Assembly: GCA_001244265.2 (NCBI GenBank)
Contig: CDLV01000008.1
Coordinates: 2,170,001 to 2,234,000 of the forward strand
Direction of reading: 5' to 3'
DNA length: 64,000 nt
Source of the DNA: Microbotryum violaceum
Taxonomy: Eukaryota
Shown here: positions 26,436 to 39,146 of the stretch, one piece after another
Numbering within the stretch: the stretch's first letter is position 1
How the letters are laid out: each line of letters opens with the position of its first letter
The notes under the pieces: model-generated
What the model was told of the DNA's origin: nothing
Seen by the model: only the letters and a program-made list of their open reading frames with translations
Databases searched by the model: none
Program-made: the position numbers and the translations under genes

Positions 26436-27248
26436 GCCAAAGGCTAAGGGACAAACTCCAGAAGGACTAGGAAGGGATGATAAGCGGAGATAATAAAGAG
26501 CTAATAGTGACTAAAAAAGGGTAAGACAAATGAGGTGCTGAAGGGATTCATGAAGTCGCTAGAGGCTCAAGATGAAGTACCATAACAGGTACTATACGTA
26601 GACTGAAGGACGATGCAACCATATAATGACAGGCAGAACCTCTACAAGCCGCACAAATGCCACCGCGGAAACAAGGAGCTCAACTTCAGCAAAAAGGAAG
26701 TCTGACCACGAAGCAGCGAGCCAGCCAGCAAAGCAAGGAAGGCTTGTTTGAAGCGTGGAGCCACGCGCAACACCAGCCGAAGCGACGCGCGCCGCAAGCC
26801 ACTTTCGATAGGCCGCCGCGCGCCCGCAAACGCTCGGAACGCGTTTTCGAGGACTTTTGAGCAATGTTTGTAGCATGTAGAACACATTTTGATAATATTT
26901 CCGAGGCGCATGCGAAATTTTGACATTTTGGGGCCAAAATAGGGTAAAAAACTTTGACAACAAGGCCAAAAAAGGGCGTTTTTCCGCATGCGCCTCTGGC
27001 TGGGCTTTCGGGGGTCCTCGTCGCGCCGAGTAGAGAGGGAGAGGTGTCAGCTCTCCTCGAGCGTCTCGGTCTCTCTCTCTCTCTCTCTGTTCATCCTTCT
27101 CCCTTCTCACCCCACCTATTCCAGCTGCCTCTACACTCCGCCATACGTCTACACCAACCCTCGGGCCCGGGTTGAAATTCAATCGTTCGATACGATCTCG
27201 TCCCACTCTCAAACCGCGTCAACGCCAGCTCCCAAAAAGAAAGTCGGA

Positions 27249-28011
27249 ATGGATTCCTCCGACTTGGACGCCATTAGGGCTGTGAGTGAACATTACAGCC
27301 ATCAAATCTCTACGTGTAGGCATTGGACATTGAATGAGTTGATTTCGCTCTACCTAGAAACGTATGGCCGAACTACAAACTCAATCTGGAGCAGGATCAG
27401 GAGGGACGTCAGTGGGTGGACCAGCTGGTGCAGGAGGAGGAGCGGGCGAAGGTGCGCAAGATCAAGCGGCTCAGTTCGCGCAGGAAGAGGAGAAGAGGAG
27501 GGGTATTATGAGTCAGATCCTAAGTCCTGAAGCGAGGGAACGATGTGAGTACTCGGGAGAGGGAGCCGTCGCGGGGGAGGAACGAGAGCCGGATTTCGAG
27601 TGAGCTTTGCAAAGGCAAGATTACCGATTCAAACACTTTTATTTCACGCTGCACCTGCACCACAGTATCAAGAATAGCCCTCGTCCGACCCGAAAGGGCC
27701 CGAGCGATCGAAGCCCTCCTTCTGCGCATGGCCCAATCAGGCCAACTCCGTGGTCGCGTCAGTGAGGACCAACTCATCGGCGTGTTGGATCAGGTCGAGG
27801 CGAATGAGAGGAGAGCTCAGGGTGCGAGTGCGGACGGGAATAGTGGAGGCAATGCGGGGGGTAAGATTATTGTGAGTTTGGTCAACTTGCTGTGCAGCAG
27901 TGTTCGGGAAGATGGCGGACGGGCAACTGATCCGAGGTCTTCTTTTGGGGGGTTTTGTCCAAATAGTTCAATAGGAGGAAAGGAGGCTTTGACAGCGATG
28001 AGGACTTTTGA
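27249..28011 (+). CDS. PDCD5: PDCD5/TFAR19 DNA-binding protein
   Basis: MDSSDLDAIRA|KRMAELQ...IMSQILSPEARER|LSRIALVRPERARAIEALLLRMAQSGQLRGRVSEDQLIGVL...RRKGGFDSDEDF. Confidence 0.92.
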
Positions 28012-28460
28012 GGAAGACCTGATTCATGTAATGAACCGAGATGGACTACTCGCAACACGCATGTGGGGCGCTTGAACGTTGCCGATCACGTGACTTTGTG
28101 CGATTTGGCCAACTGGCCACGAAAGCCCGTCGTCTCGGGCTCGCCTTCTCAAAGTGGTGGATCTTCGGACTTTAATTCAGAGCCGCTCACCGAAGGATGC
28201 AACGCCGCACACTCGTCCAAAATTGGAAACCCGCTCCCGCTCTCTTCAAAGTTCCGGCGGCCGTTCCAAAAATCGCTCATCCTCTCACGAATCACCTGGT
28301 GTTTTGCCCGGCAAGAGAACAGGCAACACCTAGTCGTGGCCACGCGGTATTAGGGCCGGTTTTCTTCCCTCGAAAGGCTTTGAGCCACTTGTGCCGCTTC
28401 TCGCCTGCCGATTGGGCCGCCGGGGCTTTACTTAGCGCGCCCGAGCCTTTAGGTTCCGTC

Positions 28461-28470
28461 GTATCAGATT
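28461..28470 (-). promoter_or_regulatory. Possible iron-responsive GATA repressor site upstream of the siderophore transporter
   Basis: Minus strand reads AATCTGATAC, an 8/9 match to the SreA-type ATCWGATAA consensus, about 100 bp before the ATG. Confidence 0.3.
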
Positions 28471-28566
28471 GCGCCGAACGGGTCTCACACTCGCGATCAG
28501 TAAGTAGATCGACGCCGCTCGAATCTGGCTCTCTTGCTTCATACATCCACACCGGGTCAGAACACG

Positions 28567-31160
28567 ATGTTTGTGAAAAGTAAAGAGGAGATCGCACGGA
28601 ACCAAGACTCGACGAGTACCCTCTCCGGCTCTTCTTCTGCGCCTGCCACGACACCAACCACGACCACGCACCACGGCGTTCGCACTAGCCATGACGTAAC
28701 TTCGCACGACGCTCACAAAGGCCGTGTCCTCATACCTCGCAAGTCCCGAGGAGTCGTCAAGATGGAACATTTGGCGAGGAGAATCAACACAAAGTATCTA
28801 GCGTGGCTCTATGGGGGTTTTGCGTTGTTGGCTTATGTGATGAGTTTGGGTGAGTCCGGCGAGGCCCGCCCGGGGCGAGCGAGCGAGCGAGCTAGTGCGA
28901 GTCGAGGCGTGAACCCCACCGCCCTAGGGGCGTTTTGAGCCTTATTCGCGAAGAGTGAATGAGCTCGCTCGGTCGGGTGGTTGCTCTGGTGCAAAAAGGT
29001 GATAAGTTTTACTAACATGTTGAGTGTCATTGAATTGTGATTTGACAGACCAATAGTGAGTGTGGAGAATCGGTTCATTACCGAACAACACAATTTTCGC
29101 ACTCGAGCGCTGACCTTTCACCTTCCCTACTTTGCCGACCTCGCTTCCATCTCGCAGCACCAACGGAGCCTACCTTACGCAAGCTACTTCAACCTCTTTC
29201 GATGCCCACTCGACCTTGGCGACCATCTCGGCCATTCAAGCCGTCTTCCAAGCCGTGTCGCAGCCGCCGATCGCCAAGATTGCCGATGTCGCGGGTCGTG
29301 TTGAGGCATATGTGCGTTGTAGTGAATATCAAGCATCTCATGCCCTGAATACATCATTGATTTTCTTCCTTCATCCGTGTCAGCTTTTGTGTGTGCTCTT
29401 ATATGCTGTCGGTCAGTCGTTTCCGACCGCTTCGAAGCTAGAAGGAATATTCTGACACTGCGCATTTCGTTCGAGCAGGATATGCCATCGTCGCTGCGGC
29501 CCCGTCAGTATATGTCTACGCCGTCGGAGACTCGATCCACATTCTCGGAATCACCGGTAAGTCGAACGCATCGGATATGAACGGGCTCAACGCTGATCGA
29601 AGCCCCGGCCCGGCTCTTCGTACGACCCGACAGGCCTATTCCTTTTGCAAGCCATCATCATAGCCGACATCTCTTCAACTCGCAATCGCGTTTTTTGGTC
29701 CATCTTCCCTTCCTTACCCGGAGTCATCAACGTTTGGGTCTCGGGTGATATCTCCGGATCGGTGCTCTCCCACACCTCGTGGAGATGGGGGATTGGAATG
29801 TTTTGCATTCTAATCCCCGTCATGGCGTTGCCGATCATCTTTACCCTAGGGATCGGGATGAGGAACCATCGCCAACCTTCGATCGACGAGAGTGAAGTTG
29901 CTAGGGAGGAGAGTGAGGAGAGGGAACGACGAGGTCTGGCGGAGAATAGGGGTTGGTGGAACAAGTCTGTTGTGGTGTTTTGGAGTTTAGACTTGATCGG
30001 GTTGTTGTTGCTCGTCGCTGGAGCGGGAATGGTCTTGGTGACGGTTACGATTGCGAACGGGTTGGGCTCCAACTGGAGTGATGGTGGGTGAATTGGCTCA
30101 GATGTACAGGTTCACGGCGTGATTGAGCTGATCCGTACCTCTGGCGGGTAAACTCGCCACAGCTCACTGCATCGCGCTTTTGGTCGTCGGCGGCCTATGC
30201 TGCATTGCCTTTGTCCTTTACGAGCGCTACTTTGCTCGACACCCCCTGATCCCCTTTTCCCTCCTTTCGAACCGAACCGTCATCGCCGCTCTCGTTATCG
30301 CCCTCTTCCACCCCATGGCTTCGGGAGCGGTCCAGTCATATTTCTACACCTTCCTCTACGTCGCCGCCAATCAATCCATCCAATCCGCGACGCGCATCTC
30401 TTCCATTTCGTCCTTTTCAGGAACGCTCTGTGCCGTCGTCGTTGGTGTCTTGGTACGCTACACACGTCACCTCAAGTACTTTGTCGTCTTTGGTGCTGCC
30501 GTCGATGTGCTTTCGTACGGTCTCATGGTCCGGTTGCGTCAATCGACCAATTCTCAAGCCGAATTGGCGATCGTACAAGTTATTCGTGGGTTCGGGGAAG
30601 GGTGCATTGGGTTCCCCGTTCAAGCAGCGATTCAAATGACGGCGAGGCATGAACATGTCGCGGCGATCACGGCGGGTTATTTGACCATTTATTATCTCTC
30701 CGGTGGGGTGGGCGCAGCGATTGGTGGAGGTCAGTTCTTTTCGGCTACTAGTGCCTCGGGGAAAATCTGGTTCTTTCCCTCCTCCGAACTGACTCTTTTT
30801 TTCTTGCCCAACACACCAACCACTACAGGTATTTGGACCAACCTCCTCCCCGCTAAACTCCAAGCCTCACTTCCCGCCGACCTCGCCGCCGAAGCCTACG
30901 AAGATCCCATCAGTTTCATCGGCACCTACCCCGTAGGTACACCTCAACGTACGGCGCTTGCTAGAGGTCAGGACGAAACACAACGGATCATCGTCATCGT
31001 TGGGTGTTGTTTAGCTGTTGTAGGGTTAGTCGCGTCGTGCTTTTTGGAGAATAAGAGGTTGGGAGATGAGAGGGATTTGGTGGAGGGGGATCAGAGGGAG
31101 GGGGAGGGGAGGGGTGAAGAGGTTGAGAAAAGGGGTAAGGAGGTTGAGAAGAGTGGTTAA
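28567..31160 (+). CDS. Siderophore-iron transporter (MFS, ARN/SIT family)
   Basis: SRGVVKME, AYVMSLDQYT, ATSTSFDAHSTLATI, QPPIAKIADVAGR, IIIADISSTRNR, WRWGIGMFCIL, HEHVAAIT; many TM segments. Confidence 0.92.
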
Positions 31161-31650
31161 TGGGGCTTAGGCTTGGAAAAGTGTTTTAATTTGTGCAATA
31201 GCGTTCTTACTAAAAGGACACTTTTACGAAAATGCTCGTCTATTTTTGAGCCGCCGGTTTGGTTTCCAGAGTCCCGAGTCTGAGTCCGAGAGAAGGTCCG
31301 TGCGCACGCCACCGGCGCGATCAAGCGAGCGACTTGGCAGCTCTTTCGCTTCCTTACAACATCGTCCCCGAACAGCACCTTCAGCAATCATCTGTTTTGA
31401 ACCGACGATTGCCACAAAGCAGGAGCATCTACTTGCACACTGTACCGGTACTATCGTTCTGCAGGCCTCACCGAGCCCATCCAGGTCAGCTGAGTCAGCA
31501 TACATCCAGCTCGAAACGAGCGCTCGTCCGACGTTGTACACGCCACAGAGGGATCCAAACAGTAAGTCAAGGGGATAAAGGACACTCGGCAGTATCTACA
31601 GACGCTGATTACCGAGCTCTACGCTGTCTGTGACAGTGACCGAAGTGGTG

Positions 31651-32914
31651 ATGACGCTGCCCGCACCCCCACTGCCGCCCGTCGCGAGCTTGCTACCCTC
31701 CAACATCCCAGAGTGAGTCCTGCACAGGTTGGAACTCCCGTTGCAAGTCATCGAACTGACCTGTGTATATCGCACGTTGCTCACAGAGATGCGCCGGAGC
31801 ACTGTCCCGTAAGCCGACACCCGCTTCGCGAAACGAGCCCGTCGTTGCCTATGCGAACCTTGTACTGAACTCAGCTACTTCTTCCACCTTCTCCTTCTCA
31901 TCAAACAGGGAACCGAATCCGAACTAGCAGGTAAAGCCTCCGCATGCGACGGATGCGCAAACCAAGAACTTTGCGCGACTGCACCGAAAGGACCGGATCC
32001 TGACATCGCCGCGGTGAGGGCACGAATGGCCCAGGTGAAGCACAAGATCTTGGTCCTTTCGGGCAAAGGTGGAGTGGGGAAGAGTACGGTGTCGGGTATG
32101 TTGGGGTGGGCTTTTTCGAGGGATGAGGAGACACAGGTCAGTTGCGGTGTTCGGGATTGGCCGAAAGAGGACGGTTCAGTTAGGTTGCTGACTTTGTTGC
32201 ACATCTTGGTACACGTTTCAGACGGGTCTGATGGACATCGACATTTGTGGACCGTCCTTGCCGTTGATGTTTGGTCTCTCTGGACAAAAGCTGCATTCCA
32301 CCTCGTCCGGGATTCTCCCCCTCCCCGTCTCGGAGAACCTCTCCGTCATCTCGATCGGATTCCTCCTTCCTTCCTCTTCCAGCGCCGTCATCTGGCGAGG
32401 TCCTAAAAAGAACGGCATCATCAAGCAATTCCTCAAAGATGTCGACTGGGGGGAACTTGACTACCTCGTCGTCGACACACCGCCAGGAACTTCGGACGAA
32501 CACCTTTCCCTCGTTGGGTACCTCTCCGAATCAGGCATCGACGGCGCCGTCGTCGTCACCACACCTCAGGAAGTCGCTCTCCAAGACGTGCGCAAGGAAC
32601 TCGACTTTTGTCGCAAACTTAACGTACCCGTCCTCGGCGTCATTGAAAACATGTCCGGATTCGTATGTCCCGCATGTGGAGGCGAGTCGGACATCTTCAT
32701 TCCTTCGACTGGAGGAGCCGAGGCGTTGGTGAAGGAATGGGGGATCGAGTTGTTGGGCAAGATCCCGCTTGATCCGAGGATTGGAAAGAGTTGTGATTTC
32801 GGGGTGTCGTTTTTGGACGAATATCCCGAGAGTCCGGCGAGTATCGCTTATGGGACTGTTGTGGATCGGATCAAGGAGAAGTTGATGGAGGGGAAGCGGG
32901 TGACAGCGGTTTGA
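31651..32914 (+). CDS. NBP35: Cytosolic Fe-S cluster assembly factor Nbp35
   Basis: N-terminal [75 protein letters not shown]. Confidence 0.95.
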
Positions 32915-33043
32915 GGAGTGTACTGGTTTGATGAGCTGTAGAAAGGATTGCATTTGCATTGCAGGATTATTTCGCACTATCCTGGTATTCCATCGCCTAA
33001 ACAAGATTTTGCCAGTCGTTTTACTACTCTTCCGGCCAGCACG

Positions 33044-34342
33044 TCAGTAATCCTCAGTAGGGGTACGTCTGGGAGACTCGAACAACCGCGCCGACAACGC
33101 CGCCATCACATCCATCGCTTCGAGCGCTCCAATCTCTAAGCCATCTCCTTGAGCGATAAACCCTTTGACCTCGTCAAAAATAGCCGAACACCAATTCTTT
33201 ACACAGTACCCAACGCAGAGCTGACGAATTGCGGTGAAATCGCGGGAAAGGGTCGAGAACAGCGCGGTGACGGCGTTCGCTGGTGTGAGAGAAGCGTGCA
33301 AGGCGTCCAAAGCGAGTGCGCTCAGGTCGTCCAAGCAGAGTTGATCGGCGAGGCGATAGATCGCTTCGGCAGTGGAGAGCGTCCTGAAGGGGTCTTCGAC
33401 GTTGAAATTGATGAGGTTGGTCGAGAGCCAGGTTAGAGCGGTGGCGTAGGTCTCGAAGGTGTCGGGATCATCTTCGTCAATGTGTAGGGTGTGCCATTCC
33501 TCTTTACATGGCGTCGAGTTTGCGTGTTCGTGTTCGTGTTTGTTGCATTTGGAGCTGGTTATCTTTTGCGACTCGATGAAGCCAGAGTTGAGCACGTCTT
33601 GGTAGTATGACGAGCGCGAGCATAGAGTCTTCGAGTTGGCGAATAGCGTCCGACCGGAGGGGCTGAACAGGAAGCGAACGTCGTGTGCGTGCTGACGAAG
33701 ACGGGTTTCTGCTTGAAGAACGATCATCAGCATGAGCATAACTATCTATGAGGGTGAGATTATGAGGGTGAGATTACCTCTGTATTGCTTTTGGAGACTG
33801 TCGATCTTCTCGGACATCACCCGATGCTCCTCCATGCACCGAACGGTGGCGTCGTGACTGGCCCTTTCGTCCTCTCCGATCTGAACAGTCACACTCATCT
33901 CGAGTCTGGACGCCTCGGATTTCTGAAAGTTGTCGAACAGCTCTTTACAATTTACTTCGCAGCGCTTGATACCCCATTCGCTGGTATGTGGCTTCTCGCG
34001 GACCCACGAGCCATAGCCGCGAGCGATCGGTCTCGAAAGTTCGAGCTTGGGCTGCGGCGCTTGGGCTGGCGCCGTTGGCTCGATCGTGATAGTCGCGTAC
34101 CCTTTGTCTGAGTCAGGTACAGCGGAGCAACTGGAGGGCATCAATTCACTGTTCTTATGGAGGTATCCCTCTTCGACGAGAATGAATCTGGGGGGAGTAG
34201 GGTTCCATTCGAGCCGCCATTGAGTGAGACGTTGGGCACGGCCCGGTCCTTGAGCGAGCTCAAAGCGCGTCGTGATAGGGGTTGAGGTGTTGGATTTGTC
34301 CAACGTGAAAGTGAAGGTGTAGCTGACACTCGTGTGTAGCAT
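33044..34342 (-). CDS. BTB/POZ-domain protein
   Basis: HDVRFLFSPSGRTLFANSKTLCSRSSYYQDVLNSGFIES...AEAIYRLADQLCLDDLSALAL...CVGYCVKNW; two exons. Confidence 0.8.
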
Positions 34343-34947
34343 TACGATATCGTGCTTTGGGGATGATGGGAGAAGGTGAGAGAAACCTGAGGACCATGAT
34401 GTTCAGATGACTCGTTCGTCACATTCGAAAAGCGGAAAGCGGCCAGCCCCCTCTGGAAAGCAAAGCACACCTCTGGGAGGTGTGTTGGCGCGCGCGTTGG
34501 AACTAGATGAGCACCATCAGTTGGGTGGGTGAATGAATGTGCAAATTGGCTGAATTTCATAAATAGAAGTAGTCTCAACGCATTCAAATCATAAAGGGGT
34601 CCAGCTCTTTCCGGCTTCGCGAACTGGGAGCTGGAGTCCGAGGAGGCGAAACGTATCGAGGGGCTGCCACCGTCACAGTGACGGTGGCTGGACGCGCGCC
34701 GCGACGCGTGTGACGATGCCTCCGGGCGTCGGCGCACCCGAACCCCGGCCGCGCTCTTACTAGTCGCGTATGCGTAATGCTCAAATCAAGTCATAGGGGA
34801 TCAAGACGTTTGCAGATCTCCCCGAATGTACATTGAACCTTGATGTATTTCGTCTAGCTAGATTCAACCTCGTCTGCATATGGCTGCCCGACCTCAGGTG
34901 CGAACCTTGGAAATCGTTGGCCCCTCATTAGAGTGATTGCCTCCTCT

Positions 34948-36359
34948 TCATTTTCCGCTCATCACTCGAACGAAGAGGCGAGATAATAAACGAGCTCCTT
35001 CGGCCGCCCCAATCGCCAACTGGTCTTGCTCGATCAAAGAGCGTATGTGTTCCATCTCGGGCGATTTGTCCACCTCGGACCAATGCGTAGCGCAATACTC
35101 GATACAAAAATCGGCAACCTCCTTAAAGTCGCACGAGAAAGTTGAAAACAAGAGGTATGGGGCTTGGGACGACTTCATGTTTGTCTTGAAGGCGCCAAAG
35201 GCAAGGTTCCGGAGCTCAGAAAGGCCTAGACGATCGCTGAGCCTATAGACGCCTTCGGCCGAAGGAACCGCTGGCGCCGAAGAAGGAAGGCACTCGCGTT
35301 TTGAACTTTTTTCGAGCGAGTCGTCGACCAGACTGTTCTGCAAAGGTGCTTCGAGGGGTTGGGCTTGGATCTCCGCGCGGGATATTTCCACTGATCCAAA
35401 AGAGACTTGTTGGCGATGTACCCAGTCGAGGACGGTACTGTACGAGGCGTAGGTATCGCTGCGCTCCTCGTCGATCACGATCGTGTGGATGGGGACATGA
35501 CACGTGATGGAGGTGGGTTCTGAGGCGACCGGCATCGTTGAGTCGGACAGCGTCTCCTCATCAGCGACAACTCGTTTCTGCGCCTCATTGAAGGTGGAGC
35601 TCAGAAGATCGTTGAAGTAAGAGCACTTTGAACGAAGATATTGCGCGTTCTCATAAAGAATTCGATTCGAAGGGCGAAAGATGAAGCGAAGATCGTGGGG
35701 GTGTCGTTTGAGCCGAGTATCTGCAAAGTGTGTAAGCGAGCAAGGGCCGATAAAATTGACGCGATGAGATTTCTGGTGTATGCTTCGCGCGATTCTTGCA
35801 ACTTACCCGCAAGCTCAGCTTTGATCTGCCCGAACGCAATGATACACCGTTCGTAGTCTTTCACTCGCTCGCTAATATAGGTCGGGGAAAACTTCGAATC
35901 TATATGGTAGATACTGATCGTCATGAGGAGATTGAGAGTCTGTCCTGGGGTGTCTTCCAAGATTTGGATCAGGTGGGAAGCTTCCACCGTCCATTTGTGT
36001 TGAGACGTAGTGACATTTCCCTCATAATCGAGACTGGTGCTCCATGAGATGTGTGGTGGCCCATGTGGACCGTGCTCGCCGGTGCGGGCCAACGATGTGA
36101 CTTCGAAACCGAGTATCGCATCCGCCCCCCGCAACGGTGAGCGAGGTTGAGAATGAGAGTGCCCGCTGTAAGATAGTAAATCGTTGAGGGAAAACTGACA
36201 ATTTCCTGGAAACCAATCAATGGTGATGATTGAGGTGTACTCGTAGCTACCGTAAACACGGTTGACGAGCTGGAACGGCGAGTACGAGTGGCGCTGCGCA
36301 ATGTTGGTGTTGTTCAAGGTCAACTCAACGCTGTGGGTAGCCACCGGCCGAGAAAACAT
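34948..36359 (-). CDS. BTB/POZ-domain protein (tandem paralogue)
   Basis: HDLRFIFRPSNRILYENAQYLRSKCSYFNDLLSSTFNEA...SAEGVYRLSDRLGLSELRNLAF...CIEYCATHW; two exons. Confidence 0.8.
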
Positions 36360-37402
36360 GAGGTCGGACTCAAACACTGATCAGCGATGAGTGTGATGGA
36401 TGAAGAGAAAAGACGAAGTTGGCGAAGAGGGACAGAAGCAGCGAACTTAAGCGCGCGGCAACGCGAAATGCCGCGAGGTGCGACGCGCTGAAGAGGAGCC
36501 AAAAAACATTAGCCGGTTTCGATTTGACATCCACCTGGCTTTTCTTTGCTTCACCGGTATTTTCCCAACTGGATGCACGGTATCGCGGAATAGGAAATTG
36601 GAAGCGGACAATTGACGGTCCGATTTGGTATTTCCTTCCCGGCTTATTCCACGCGCGCTTCTTAGGGAGTCCACAGATCGCGACGATCCAACTACCGAAA
36701 CTTGACCCCGATTTCAATATTCCACTAGTCCAGGATCAACATGTACGCTCCCCACGTCTGGTGGTGATTTTCGTTGATCGTGCTACTGACGGTGGGCAGC
36801 AGCGATGTCCTGCCGCAGGCGTACTTGCCGGTCGACGACCGTGACAGGCCCGCATCCGAATCCTAAGAAACCGTCTCCCACTGCACTGGGAGTGGGCAGA
36901 GACGAGTGAACTCAAGTTGAGCTTGGCGTCAGAGCCACGGCCTTTCCCTTCGAGGTTTGCACGTTTCTTAGGATTTTCGTCACCTTTCATGGTCAGAAAG
37001 GAGCACTCGATTGATGCCCGGTTTCCGCTGGATTAGACTTTGAATTGCTGTGTTGCTTGATTGAGGGCGGAGCTCTAACAGCGTGAAATTGACATTCGTG
37101 TTCGCATACCAGGTTGCTGCAGCTGGGTGTGAGGTGATAATTGCACGTGGTAGGGCCCTGTGCGAAACCTTAAATGGCAAGGTCGAACGACGCATCGAAC
37201 GACCCCGCCATGACATTCAAGAATGTCCACCCTTGAATACGATGGACGAGAAGCGAGAGAGAGAGAGGAGGTCGTACGCGCAGACCGAGCTCCGATCGAG
37301 GACGCGCCAGCTTCTGTAGACATCATGCTCGAATAGGGCGACTTGATAATCACCACCCTTTTACTCAATTACAACATCCCAACACGATCTTTCCCAACCC
37401 TA

Positions 37403-38848
37403 TCACCCCTCTAAAACCCCTTTCCCATACCCACTGGTCCAGAACTTTTCCTTGATCAAATCCTCATGCACCAATTTGAGGACTCGTTTCGGTTTAGTAG
37501 GTTTCGTTCTTCGTTTCGGTTCTTCCAAAGTCTCCCGTGATTGATTTTCGCTGGGAATGGGACTCGACGGAATGTTGAGCGCGATCCGATCAAGACCGTC
37601 TTCCATTTCCTCTATCCTCCTCTTCCCATCATCGATTTTCACCTCCTGGACCTCGTTCTCTACCATAATTTCTTCTTCGACCCAAATCCATATCGAACCC
37701 TTTTTGAATATCTCTTCCTCTTGATTATAATTCATTCCGAATCGACTAAACAACATCTCTTGTTTCTCACTTGAAAGCGTACCCTGCTCGACCATAAATG
37801 GTGAATCGAATATGAATGAGTAAGAACTCTTGAGCAAACCAAGTTCGATTCGAGAGAAGGTTGGGATAAACTTACGCTAAGTTCTGAATTCGCTTCTTGG
37901 GTCGTTAAACTGCCTTTTTGAACTAGGGTCCAGAAGCACGTGTTGTAGAGGTTGTTGATGTGCGCTAGAGCGGCAAAGGGGGTGGTGAGCGAGCGAAGGG
38001 GGGGGGGAGTGAAGTCAGACCCCAACATTCGTCAACTGGCACGAGTTGGGAAAGGGAAACTTTGGAAAGGATACTCACTGTCAACCTGTCTCCACCTAAA
38101 GTAATCCTTGACTTCGGTTTCGGTACAGTATTGTACGATCCTGTGAAATAATGAAGGTAGCTCTCGCACGGGTTTAGTTCGAATTCAGGTCAAGCATATT
38201 CGCTCGGTCCCGTTCGCGCAAAAGGTAACCAAACTCACCGGCCATCAAAGATTGGTAATTGATCCATTTCGAGCGGAGAATCGGGAAAGTATTGCGGCCA
38301 GAGAAAGGTGTAGGCTGAGGTGAAGAGTGAAGAAACGAGGCTTACGAGTTTGCTATGGTGGCGATCGGGGTTGATTAGTGGGATAGCGCTCCTGGTGAAA
38401 GGTCGGGGGAGAGGTAAGGTACGGACCTATTCCGCCTAGCGTGGAGTTTGGTCGAACGTTTGAAGAGGAAACTGGGAATTATGAGCGAAGGGAGGAGATG
38501 CGGAGGAAGTTATCAGCTCGGTTCTGGTCCAATTTGAACTGGGCCACGTGCTCGTTCTCGGTCATGGGTTCCTACCCCCTACCCCTCCATCTCGTAGACG
38601 GACCTATATTCATCACTCTCCCCAAAACCCATCACTAAATCTCCCATGAGCTCCCTCCCCGCCATGACTCGCCTCGCAGCAGAGTTCATCAAGTTCAACG
38701 CTCGACGGTCGTTGGGTTTGGTAAAGTTGTGCGCGGAGGAGAACTTGTGGAATCCTTTGCCGTCGAGGCGTAAGATGAGAAAGGTGGAGGGCAGGAGGGG
38801 GTCGGGTAGTTCGTGTAGGCGGACGTAGGAATAGCGGGAATTGGCCAT
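37403..38848 (-). CDS. THG1: tRNA(His) guanylyltransferase
   Basis: MANSRYSYVR, LRLDGKGFHKFSSAHNFTKPNDRRALNLMN, GESDEY, HINNLYNTCFW, LFSRFGMNYN. Confidence 0.95.
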
Positions 38849-39146
38849 GGTGAGGAGGGAGGGGTGAGGAAGTGGGGCAGCGCAGAGGGGCGGCTGTAAG
38901 GTGAGAGCAGAGATGGTGTAGCCCAGTGAGGGTCGTCTGATGGGATTTTGGGTGGATCAATTCCGGAATCCACGAGGAGGTGGAACAGTGTGAAGCCGCG
39001 GCGGGCTTTGTGAAGCTCGAAGCCGCTCGATTTGAACGTAAAAGTCAGGAGGGGATAACTATTGCGACATGGGTAGGATGCCGTGTCAAACACGGCAAAC
39101 ACGGAATACAACAAGTGCACATGAAAAAGCGATTTTGTCGTCGTCT

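Larger units (their letters stand above)
22105..27019 (+). mobile_element. 4.9-kb TIR DNA transposon (30-bp TIRs) carrying a Ulp1-protease/transposase-like gene
   Basis: 22105-22134 GAGGACCCCCGAAAGCCCAGCCGGAGGCGC and the reverse complement of 26990-27019 differ at one position; subterminal GAGGCGCAT...TTGACATTT motifs at both ends; no clear TSD. Confidence 0.85.

Noticed and set aside
22095-27030. Target-site duplication for the TIR element
   Set aside because: Left flank cccgcgcgcg and right flank gtcgcgccga do not match at any plausible length.
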